Assembly (NCBI GenBank): GCA_050745985.1
Contig: JBOGLG010000046.1
Location: 29,398-93,397 of the forward strand
Direction: 5' to 3'
Origin: Terriglobales bacterium
GTDB lineage: Bacteria; Acidobacteriota; Terriglobia; Terriglobales; Acidobacteriaceae
DNA: 64,000 bases
Under the pieces are notes generated by a model. That model worked only from the letters and a program-made list of their open reading frames with translations. It was not told the origin of the DNA and searched no databases. Positions 8,547 to 16,721 of this stretch are shown here, piece after piece; the stretch's first letter is position 1; each line of letters opens with the position of its first letter. A program made the translations under genes and the position numbers.

Positions 8547-9428
8547 TTGACGAAGCTACTTTCATTGGCCCTCGAAGGCGCTCCCGAACCCGCATCGCCA
8601 GAGCCTTCAGCGAAGCCCGGCACTGGGCTGCTGGCTTCGACTGCAAAATATCTGTTGCGCACCGAAGTCCACACTTTTGCATTTTCGGTGGCGGCCAACG
8701 CCATTCTTTCTTTTTTTCCCTTCGTGCTGCTGTTGCTGACCCTCATTCGCCGTGTCTTTCGCTCGAAAGCGATGTACGAAGTGGTGGTGCAACTGCTGCG
8801 CGACAGCCTTCCCGCCGGGCAGGATTTTGTGATCCGCAACTTGAACGCGCTGGTGGGCGCGCGCCAACGCACGCAAGTTTTCTCGCTGCTGATTCTGCTG
8901 GTGACCTCGACCGGAATATTTCTGCCGCTCGAAGTGGCGCTGAACCGCATCTGGCGTTTCCCCAACAACCGTTCGTACCTGGGAAATCAGTTGATCGCGC
9001 TCGGTCTGACATTCGGTTGCGGCGTGCTGGCCCTGCTCTCGGTCGGCCTGACCGCAGGCAATGCGGTGCTGCTGCGCAGCTTCACCTTCGGCCACGACAT
9101 TGCCGCGCTGCGGCTTGCGGGATTTATCAGCATGAAAGTGTTTGCCATCGCCACCAGCATTGCCATCTTTTTTCTGATCTACTGGCTGCTGCCCAACGGC
9201 AAAGTTCCTGCGCTGGCAGTGCTGCCGGCGGCGGTGATCATGGGCTTGCTATCGGAGATTCTGAAGTATGCCTACATTCTGGCCCTGCCTCGGCTGAACT
9301 TTCAGGAAGTCTATGGGCCGTTTGCGTTGTCGGCCAGCCTGATGTTCTGGGCGTTTCTTACGGGATTGCTGTTGCTAAGCGGAGCTTATTTATCGGCAGA
9401 GCGGCATGGGCGCAGGAAAAGACTTTAG
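8547..9428 (+). CDS. YihY/BrkB family inner-membrane protein
   Basis: 293 aa with 6 TM helices. FAFSVAANAILSFFPFVLLLLTL... and C-terminal SLMFWAFLTGLLLLSGAYLSAE are typical of the family. TTG start, uncertain. Confidence 0.85.
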   Translation: MTKLLSLALEGAPEPASPEPSAKPGTGLLASTAKYLLRTEVHTFAFSVAANAILSFFPFVLLLLTLIRRVFRSKAMYEVVVQLLRDSLPAGQDFVIRNLNALVGARQRTQVFSLLILLVTSTGIFLPLEVALNRIWRFPNNRSYLGNQLIALGLTFGCGVLALLSVGLTAGNAVLLRSFTFGHDIAALRLAGFISMKVFAIATSIAIFFLIYWLLPNGKVPALAVLPAAVIMGLLSEILKYAYILALPRLNFQEVYGPFALSASLMFWAFLTGLLLLSGAYLSAERHGRRKRL

Positions 9429-9566
9429 AACGAGCCGGAGTACTCCTCTGTTCACCCGTCACCACACGGTTGTGACACCTGTCACAGCTTTCCTACTGTT
9501 GACCCACTAGCATTAGTGCTTCCGTCAACGGCTGGGCTCGGTCTCTTTTCTCCCTGGAGGCTTGCC

Positions 9567-10094
9567 ATGTGGTCGCGCCGTTGCGTTTTATACATACTGC
9601 TCAGTCTTATCGCCCTCCCATTCGCCGCTGAAGAAATGGTTCCTCCTCCCAGGCGGGAGATCCAGCCTGTGCGCCATTCCCTCACCCTGCGTTCGGGATA
9701 CATTTTTTCAGGAACGGTAAGGTCAGTCCAACGCGTCGTCCCGCAAAATGCCTACAGCGTGGCCGTCATGCGCATCACTTTCCATGTGGATAAGGGCCTG
9801 CGCGGCACGCGCACTGGACAAACCCTGGTCGTCCGCGAATGGGCGGGACTCTGGCAGTCCGGCGACCACTACCGCCCCGGCGAGCGCGTCATGCTCTTTC
9901 TCTATCCGCCGAGCAAGCTGGGTTTGACCAGCCCGGTGGGCGGCGCCTTCGGACGCTTTCCGGTCGACCCCAACGGCCAAGTCATCGTTGAGCCCGGTCG
10001 CCCTGGACATACTCATGCGCACAGCCGCGAACCAATCCGTTTGGCGCCGCGTAAATTTCTGCGTATGTTATTGCGTCCTGACTACGAGGAGTGA
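9567..10094 (+). CDS. hypothetical small secreted protein
   Basis: ATG at 9567 is preceded by GGAGG (9556-9560). Signal peptide MWSRRCVLYILLSLIALPFAAEE. The stop lies 4 nt before the start of the next gene. Confidence 0.65.
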   Translation: MWSRRCVLYILLSLIALPFAAEEMVPPPRREIQPVRHSLTLRSGYIFSGTVRSVQRVVPQNAYSVAVMRITFHVDKGLRGTRTGQTLVVREWAGLWQSGDHYRPGERVMLFLYPPSKLGLTSPVGGAFGRFPVDPNGQVIVEPGRPGHTHAHSREPIRLAPRKFLRMLLRPDYEE

Positions 10095-10098
10095 ACCC

Positions 10099-13029
10099 AT
10101 GACCCTTACGCGCTACACTTCACTGCTCGCGATTGTCGTCGTCGCCCTGCTAGCAACGGCCTACGCGGGAGGGCCGAAATACGTTGCGGGCATCAGTTAT
10201 TTCAACACGGGACTGGCCGGAACACCTTTGACCTGGAGCCAGGGATTGATCACCTATTACACCGACCAGGGCGACCTCAGCCCGATCCTACCGGGGCCGA
10301 GCGCTGATGCTTTCGTGGCCGACGCATTTAGCCAATGGACGTCCATTCCCATCGCCGCCGTCAGCGCAACCCGCGGCGGCCAGCTCGCCGAAGACGTGAA
10401 CCGATCCAATGTCTTCGTGAATCCGGATCACACTATAACCATGCCATCCGACATACTGCCCTCGGCCACGGGCACGCCGGTGGGAGTGGTCTACGACGCC
10501 GATGGCTCGGTCACCAGCGCGCTGCTTGGTTTGGGCGCGGGCGATCCCTCGCAGTGCTTTAACAACGCGGTGTTTGGCGGAGATGACAACCTTGGCGTCA
10601 ATGCCGACTTCCTGCACGCGCTGGTCGTCCTGAACGGCAATTGCGCACAGGATTCCGCCCAGCTCCCCGATGTCGAGTACCGCCTGGTGCGGGTCATCGG
10701 GCGGGTATTCGGGCTCGACTGGTCGCAGCTGAACGTCAATGTGCTGACTCACAACCCGCCGCCGACCTCTGACGACTACGCCGGACTGCCAGTAATGCAT
10801 GCCACCGATCCGCCAAATTGCATCCCCATCACGGCGTGCTTTCCCAATCCCTATCGGCCGAAAATCGACGACCAGGCGGCGCTGGCACGACTCTATCCCG
10901 CAGCCGGCGGGCAAACCACTCGCATTCACGGCAGCGTGTTTTTCACTACATCCAGCGGCCAGGCAGCTCAGGGGATGCAGGGAGTGAATGTGATTGCGCG
11001 CTGGATCGATCCCCAGAACGGTCAGCCTTCCCATGCCATTTCCGCATCCTCAGTTTCCGGGTTTCTTTTCTGCGGAAACGCGGGCAACACCATCACCGGC
11101 TTCAACGACGGTGGCGGGCACCCGCTGAACCGGTTTGGATCCAACGACACCATGCTCGAAGGATGGTTCGATCTGGGCGGATTGCAGATTCCGAACGGCG
11201 GCACCAGTGCGCAATTTCAACTAACGGTCGATGGCATCGATCCATTCTGGTCGGCGGCGCTCGAACCATACGGACCGTTTCAGGTGCAACTCTCAGGTCA
11301 GTCGGCGCCGCTTGTTGTGAATGTTAACTTGGGCACGGATACTGAGCAAAACATCCTGATGCAAAGCAGCGCGCTGCCAGTTCAGGACCCGTTTCCCCCC
11401 ACCACCTATCAGACTCCCGCCGCGTTGCCGCTGGGCGGCGACTGGAAAGCTTCGTTCAATCCCTATGGCGATACCGATTACTTCCAGTTCGTGGGCCAGA
11501 CGAATCGCACGCTCTCGGTGTTTGTAACGGCTTTGGATGAGAAAGGCGCGGCCTCGGAGAGCAAGTCGCAGCCGGTGATCGGGACGTGGTCACTCTCGGA
11601 CCCTGGAGAATCGCCCGCGCCCGCGAATACACCGTCGGCATTCAACTCCTCTGTGTTCGGAATGACATTGCTGAACGCGCAACTTTTGCAGACTACCGGC
11701 TTCCGCATCGGAATCTCCGACTACCGCGGCGACGGCCGCTCCGACTACCGCTATCACGCGCGAATTCTATACGGCGATCAGGTGAACCCGGCGCGTGCCA
11801 GCGTAGCCGGCGGAACTGCGCTGGCGATTCAAGGCTTGGGCTTTCAAACGAACCTGAGGATCACAGTCGGCAATGTGACCGCGCCGTCGCTGGCGGTTTC
11901 AGCCGACCAGGTTCTTGTCACCGCTCCCGCGAAGCCCGATGGGGTACAGGACATCGGCCTCACTGATCCGCCCACGCTGGCAAACTCGGTGCTGAGCGCA
12001 GTTCTGACCTATGGAGCCGGGCCGAACGATACTCTGGCGCTCATCCCCCTTCCCAATCCTCAGACGCCGGTGGGCGGCCAGGCGCCAAACCCGGTTGAAG
12101 TACGCGTGCTCGCGCCCGATGGCAAGACGCCGGTGCAGGGAGCGACTGTGGTGTTTACTTCGAGCCCCGCAGCCGGCTTCTCCGCATGTTCCGGCGCCGT
12201 CACATGCACTGTGCTAAGCGATGAAGGTGGGCGAGCGTCCACATTCGTCACTGCGCTCAGCGCCGGAGCCATGACCATCACCGCGCAGTTGGCCCCGGCT
12301 TCTTATGCAAGCCCTCATCAAGTGCAGACCACGCTAGTCGGCAAGTCTTCGTCGCTGGATATCGCGCTGGCCCCGCAGACGGCTTCCATCATGCAGGGTG
12401 CAACGGATAACTTGACCCTCACCGCGCGGGTGTTGTCGAATGGATTTCCATTGAGTGGCAGCGACGTCAATTTCCAGATACTCAAAGGATCGGCGGACCT
12501 GAGCGCCTCCACTGTCACCACGAACGCCAACGGGTATGCCAGCACTGTTCTCGAGATTTCTTCCATGGCAGGAGATTTACTGGTGAGCGCCTGCGTCGCC
12601 CCAGGAAACAGCCCCTGCCTTAATTTCTCTGGAACGTCGGTTGCCCCTTCGGCGCTCCAACTTCAGGCGGTAGCGGGAAGTCCGCAGGTGGTGACGGTTG
12701 GGCAGGCTTTTCAGCCCCTAGTGGTGCGCGTAACCGATTCGTCGGCGCCGGCCAATCCCGTGCTCGGAGCAAGCGTCGCTTTTCAATACACGGGAGAGCG
12801 GGCATCCGGCGATTTGACGGTGATCTCGGCGGGAGACACAAACATCCGCAACGACCCGTCTCCGGTCATTCTGTTCACCGGCCAGACCGCAGTGCCATCG
12901 GATGTAAGTGGCCTGGCGAGTTGGAAGCCAACAACCGAGGGATTTGAGGGAGACGTCGCGATTCTCGGGACGGCTACGGCAGGAAGCGGCAGCGCAGCAT
13001 TCGCCTTGCAAGCCCTGCCGCCGCTGTAG
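10099..13029 (+). CDS. large secreted surface protein: degenerate matrixin-like domain + PPC-like + IPT/TIG + Ig-like (Big_1-type) repeats
   Basis: ATG at 10099 is preceded by GAGGA. Signal peptide MTLTRYTSLLAIVVVALLATAYA. Domain cues: matrixin-like landmarks (AFSQWTSIPIAAV, VMHATDP, IDDQAALARLYP), a PPC-like segment (YGDTDYFQF), an IPT/TIG-like segment (ASVAGGTALAIQGLGF...VGNVTAP) and C-terminal Ig-like repeats. Confidence 0.85.
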   Translation: MTLTRYTSLLAIVVVALLATAYAGGPKYVAGISYFNTGLAGTPLTWSQGLITYYTDQGDLSPILPGPSADAFVADAFSQWTSIPIAAVSATRGGQLAEDVNRSNVFVNPDHTITMPSDILPSATGTPVGVVYDADGSVTSALLGLGAGDPSQCFNNAVFGGDDNLGVNADFLHALVVLNGNCAQDSAQLPDVEYRLVRVIGRVFGLDWSQLNVNVLTHNPPPTSDDYAGLPVMHATDPPNCIPITACFPNPYRPKIDDQAALARLYPAAGGQTTRIHGSVFFTTSSGQAAQGMQGVNVIARWIDPQNGQPSHAISASSVSGFLFCGNAGNTITGFNDGGGHPLNRFGSNDTMLEGWFDLGGLQIPNGGTSAQFQLTVDGIDPFWSAALEPYGPFQVQLSGQSAPLVVNVNLGTDTEQNILMQSSALPVQDPFPPTTYQTPAALPLGGDWKASFNPYGDTDYFQFVGQTNRTLSVFVTALDEKGAASESKSQPVIGTWSLSDPGESPAPANTPSAFNSSVFGMTLLNAQLLQTTGFRIGISDYRGDGRSDYRYHARILYGDQVNPARASVAGGTALAIQGLGFQTNLRITVGNVTAPSLAVSADQVLVTAPAKPDGVQDIGLTDPPTLANSVLSAVLTYGAGPNDTLALIPLPNPQTPVGGQAPNPVEVRVLAPDGKTPVQGATVVFTSSPAAGFSACSGAVTCTVLSDEGGRASTFVTALSAGAMTITAQLAPASYASPHQVQTTLVGKSSSLDIALAPQTASIMQGATDNLTLTARVLSNGFPLSGSDVNFQILKGSADLSASTVTTNANGYASTVLEISSMAGDLLVSACVAPGNSPCLNFSGTSVAPSALQLQAVAGSPQVVTVGQAFQPLVVRVTDSSAPANPVLGASVAFQYTGERASGDLTVISAGDTNIRNDPSPVILFTGQTAVPSDVSGLASWKPTTEGFEGDVAILGTATAGSGSAAFALQALPPL

Positions 13030-13035
13030 CCAACA

Positions 13036-14280
13036 TCAGCGCGCCTTGGCCTGCTCCACGCACTCCCGAATTTCCGCGTCGTTAAGCGTGTGGTCGGAGG
13101 CTTTGGCAAGTTTGTAGATGCGTTCAACCAGGTCGTCCGGCGCAGGGATTCCGCGTTTTTCCAGCCAGAAGAGGACATTCGACTTGCCGCTCATGGGGCC
13201 AACGTCGATGACTTGCTCCAGTCCAAAAACGTGCGACGGAACCCCGGAGTACACGGTATTGGCAAGCTCAATATCGTTCTTCTTGTAGGCTTTGATCACG
13301 GCTGCGGCATGAACCCCGGTCGCGGTGCGGAACGCGTCTTCACCGACGACGGGATAATTGGCCGGAATCGGCACACTGGTGGCCCGCGACACCGTCTGGC
13401 AATAATCCTTCAGCCGGGTCAGATCCTGGCCGTCCCAAGGCGAAATCCCCATCAGTTTGAGGTTGACCAGCATCTGGTCCATCTGAGTATTGCCGACACG
13501 CTCGCCCACGCCCAGCGCAGTAGCGTGCACACAAACCGCACCCGCGATCAGGGCCGCCATCGAGTTGGCGATCGCCAGTCCGCGATCGCTGTGACCGTGC
13601 CAATCCACACGAATCTTTTCACCGGAAGGTTTGACGACTTCATCCATCACGAATTTCACCAGCGCAAACGTGCCCATGGGGGTAGCATGACCGGCGGTGT
13701 CGCAAATCACGATGGATCTTGCACCGCAGTTGATTGCCGCCGAATACAGCCGCTTCACTGTCTCCGGATCACAGCGCGTGGTGTCTTCGGTGACGTACAT
13801 GACGTCGAGTCCGAGGGAGACACCGTACTTCACCGCCTTCTCGGTGGTCTGAAGCAGGAAATCGTCGGTCCAACTTTCGGTGTAGCGGCGGATGGGGCTT
13901 GATCCGATAAACATCGCGGCCTCGATGCTCAGCCCGGTGCGCTGGACAATTTCGGCAATCGGCCGGACGTCATTCTCATGGGTGCGGGCTGCGCAATTGG
14001 CCTTGATCTTCATCTTTTGCCGTACGATTTCCCGGGCGAGAGCCTCCACACTTTCGACTGCGCGGGCGCCGGCGCCTGGCAAACCCAGATCAAGGGAATT
14101 TATGCCCAGAGCCTCCATCAGATGTAGAATGGCGAGTTTGTCGCCGATCGAAGGATCACGCACCGAGGGCGATTGCAGGCCATCGCGCAGGGTCTCATCA
14201 TTCAGAAGGACTGGTCCCACGGGCCGCAGAGAGGCAGGATGGTGGTGGTTCCAGTCGTGGATGAGGTCGGAGGACTTCAC
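13036..14280 (-). CDS. 2-isopropylmalate/homocitrate synthase family protein (HMGL-like pyruvate carboxyltransferase domain), no LeuA regulatory domain
   Basis: LLNDETLRDGLQSPS..., HGHSDRGLAIANSMAALIAGA and GVGERVGNTQMDQ are DRE-TIM aldolase motifs. I place the start at GTG 14280 because it overlaps the upstream stop (GTGA). The ORF-track start at 14391 would overlap the upstream gene. Confidence 0.85.
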   Translation of the reverse strand: MKSSDLIHDWNHHHPASLRPVGPVLLNDETLRDGLQSPSVRDPSIGDKLAILHLMEALGINSLDLGLPGAGARAVESVEALAREIVRQKMKIKANCAARTHENDVRPIAEIVQRTGLSIEAAMFIGSSPIRRYTESWTDDFLLQTTEKAVKYGVSLGLDVMYVTEDTTRCDPETVKRLYSAAINCGARSIVICDTAGHATPMGTFALVKFVMDEVVKPSGEKIRVDWHGHSDRGLAIANSMAALIAGAVCVHATALGVGERVGNTQMDQMLVNLKLMGISPWDGQDLTRLKDYCQTVSRATSVPIPANYPVVGEDAFRTATGVHAAAVIKAYKKNDIELANTVYSGVPSHVFGLEQVIDVGPMSGKSNVLFWLEKRGIPAPDDLVERIYKLAKASDHTLNDAEIRECVEQAKAR

Positions 14281-14603
14281 CGCTCTTTGCCGGGAATAGT
14301 CAGGCCGAATATCGAGGTCTGCCCTGGTCCGGCCACGTTGATGCTCGACTCCTCGGGGCTGGGCAAATAGAGCGTCTTGCAGTGCTCGCAACGATAGACC
14401 TCGGCGTCTTTTCCCCAGGCTTTTTCGGCGTCTCCGCAGGCCTGCTCCTGCACGTCTTCAGAGTAGAACCAGCGCTTGAGATGGCCGCCGCAGAACTTGC
14501 CCTTGGCGTCTTTCTCATTGCAGGCGCGCTGCCCCGGCTTCTTGATCTTGACTTTGTGCTTGGGGAGTTGCGGTACGTTAGTGCTCACGGTTCCGGTGGC
14601 CAA
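14277..14603 (-). CDS. small Cys-rich (zinc-ribbon-like) protein, unknown function
   Basis: 108 aa with a basic N-terminus (KHKVKIKKPGQR). Cys/His pattern C28-x9-C38-x2-H41 ... C56 ... C72-x2-C75 (RACNEKDAKGKFCGGH...YRCEHCKT). Its stop overlaps the downstream start. Confidence 0.6.
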   Translation of the reverse strand: MATGTVSTNVPQLPKHKVKIKKPGQRACNEKDAKGKFCGGHLKRWFYSEDVQEQACGDAEKAWGKDAEVYRCEHCKTLYLPSPEESSINVAGPGQTSIFGLTIPGKER

Positions 14604-14695
14604 AGTTTGTCCTCATCAGTGCGGCGGTGCCGCGCATCTTGCCTCAGGTTTATTTTACTCGAAGCTCCGCAGATCGCGGAAAACGCCGGAGAATT

Positions 14696-16213
14696 TCATC
14701 CGAGACGACGGAAGTGCGCCCAATAGACGGGCCATGGCATTCGCAAGTTCCGGCAGAGCAAAATATCGGGATGATGGCGCGATTCTTCGTTCTCGACTCC
14801 AAACGGATTGGTATTCCTGGCGGCGACCTCACAACTTTCGAAAAGCTTCCGGCCCTCATCCAATCCGAAGCCGGCGACGATCACCGTTTGCGGCAGGCGG
14901 GGATCGTATCCGCGGTACCAGAATGAATTAGTCAGGCTCATGGCGCGCGGCAAGCCCAGCCCTGGGCCATACAGGTTGAGCGCACCAGCTTCACCGTAAT
15001 TTCCGGTGAGAATTCCGGTTTGTCCCCGCTCCGATGGAGGCAGCGATTGATAGACGCCGGCCACAGTGTGCGCCAAGTCCGGCCATCCGACCTCTTCTCG
15101 AAATTGATCGTACAACTTGCTGGTAACGTTCCACACGCGAGATCCAATGGGCGCAACCGGTGTGAAAAGCAACACACATATCGCCCCGTTGAGGGCAATC
15201 GCCGCCCATTGCATCCCGTAGGCGAAACGTGACCATCCAGGCTGGAGCCGGTCGACCAGAGCGCCGAATAGAACGCTGCCACCGGCGATCAACATGGGAT
15301 ACAGCGGGGCGGTGTAGTAAGAACGTGCCCCGACAACGCAAAACAGGAGGAATGTAACCGCGAAAGTCCAACCCAGCAACCGGTAGCGACGCGCCTCCGG
15401 GCGAAAGAAATAAAACCACAACCCGAGAAGAGTGAGTGGCGCGGTCACCACATTCACGCAGACCCAAAGTTGCTGACTGTAGAAATCGTTGTAGCGTCCC
15501 TGGCGCAAATCACGCGCGTGCAGATAAGACAAGAAATCACGAGAGATGAAGTGGTGTTGAGCCTGCCAGATGATGTTCGGCAGAAAAATAAGCATGGAAA
15601 TACCAACCCCAAGCCAAAGCCACCGGCTGCGGAGGAAACGGCGGGCGGGCGTGAGCAGGACCGCGCCAGCTACGCCGACAGCAAGAAAACCCATGGTGTA
15701 ACGCGTCTCCATGCCGATTCCGATCATTGCACCAACCACAACCCACCAGCGCGGATCGTCCGACTTCAGCAACCGAACCAGCAGATAGGTAACGCTGACG
15801 CCCCAAAGGTAGTCGAAAGACACATACTGGAAGACTGCGCCTTGTATAAGGGAGATCGGAGCGATTCCGGTCGCCACCGCGGCCAATACTTGAATATGAC
15901 GCTTGCCGCCTAGTTCCCTGGTTATCAGGCCGGTCAGCAACATGATCAGGCTAACTGCAATGGCCGCAAAGAACCGGAAACCGACCAGGGATGTGCCAAA
16001 GAGAACCAGTTCAAAGCGGCCAATGAGCGGAGTAATTGGCGGATAAACTACGAAACCCCAGTCGAGGTGACGGGCATCGTCAAGCGTCTGGAGTTCGTCA
16101 CGATGAAATCCGTAATGATGATTAGTCGCGAGATGCAGGACCAGGCGCACCGCTGCGACGAGAATTAGAACACCCAGATCGGAACGGAGAAAGGCCGCGA
16201 GTCGTTTGGTCAT
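14696..16213 (-). CDS. glycosyltransferase family 39 (ArnT/PMT-like) membrane protein
   Basis: 505 aa with about 12 TM helices. Conserved first-loop acidic motif (HRDELQTLDDARH), GT-C architecture, soluble C-terminal domain. Confidence 0.85.
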   Translation of the reverse strand: MTKRLAAFLRSDLGVLILVAAVRLVLHLATNHHYGFHRDELQTLDDARHLDWGFVVYPPITPLIGRFELVLFGTSLVGFRFFAAIAVSLIMLLTGLITRELGGKRHIQVLAAVATGIAPISLIQGAVFQYVSFDYLWGVSVTYLLVRLLKSDDPRWWVVVGAMIGIGMETRYTMGFLAVGVAGAVLLTPARRFLRSRWLWLGVGISMLIFLPNIIWQAQHHFISRDFLSYLHARDLRQGRYNDFYSQQLWVCVNVVTAPLTLLGLWFYFFRPEARRYRLLGWTFAVTFLLFCVVGARSYYTAPLYPMLIAGGSVLFGALVDRLQPGWSRFAYGMQWAAIALNGAICVLLFTPVAPIGSRVWNVTSKLYDQFREEVGWPDLAHTVAGVYQSLPPSERGQTGILTGNYGEAGALNLYGPGLGLPRAMSLTNSFWYRGYDPRLPQTVIVAGFGLDEGRKLFESCEVAARNTNPFGVENEESRHHPDILLCRNLRMPWPVYWAHFRRLG

Positions 16214-16242
16214 GAATTTGGGAAACTCAAAACCAGCCTTGT

Positions 16243-16719
16243 CTAAAAAGTGCGCTTCGGTGGAGTCTGATCCGCACCCACACGGCCCGTCTCAATGGTT
16301 GCGGCAAAATAGTTTTCGCCCTGTATTGACGCGCCGGCCAATCTTCTCAACATCGCCAGTTGACCGACGTGAGTGAGCGCATCCGCCACCGGCCCCTGGA
16401 AAAGCTTCTCGACGGGCGCGTGTAGAGGCTCTCCCGATGCCAGGTAGTCGTCAAACTTCTTGAGCGCAGCGAAGAATCGCTCGACATCCTGTTTCCAGGG
16501 CAGGCGCTTGGAGTCCTGCCATTTCTGGTTTCCCTCCGCCATGGACAGCGCCCAGTCGAGAAGATCGCCAAGATGCGCCAGGATCTGAGCCGGCGTTCGT
16601 CCCGCCCCAGCAAAATCGGCGAAGGTGGCAGGGGCGTCGCGAAGCGGTTTTGCGCCCCGATATGCCAGGGTTGCGAGAGTGTGACGCAGCAATTCACGTT
16701 TAGGATCGGCAGCGGTCAT
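16243..16719 (-). CDS. DinB-superfamily protein
   Basis: The internal ATG at 16719 is preceded by AAGGAAG. Four-helix-bundle His pattern (HTLATLAYRG ... AHLGDLLDWAL ... LTHVGQLAMLRR). The 5' extension in the ORF track overlaps the ALDH gene end. Confidence 0.8.
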   Translation of the reverse strand: MTAADPKRELLRHTLATLAYRGAKPLRDAPATFADFAGAGRTPAQILAHLGDLLDWALSMAEGNQKWQDSKRLPWKQDVERFFAALKKFDDYLASGEPLHAPVEKLFQGPVADALTHVGQLAMLRRLAGASIQGENYFAATIETGRVGADQTPPKRTF

Positions 16720-16721
16720 TT

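Noticed and set aside
9988-10098. N-terminal extensions in ORF-track entries (9988, 19301, 21602, 26476, 45061-46821, 54541, 59518).
   Set aside because: In each case an internal ATG with a good Shine-Dalgarno sequence gives a signal peptide or the canonical family N-terminus. The extension either overlaps the upstream gene or is featureless.
14277-14603. The small zinc-ribbon-like protein considered as a LysW-type amino-group carrier next to a homocitrate-synthase-like gene (AAA lysine pathway).
   Set aside because: It is twice the length I recall for LysW and lacks the acidic C-terminal EDWGE-type tail. No LysX/Y/Z/J/K-like genes are nearby.
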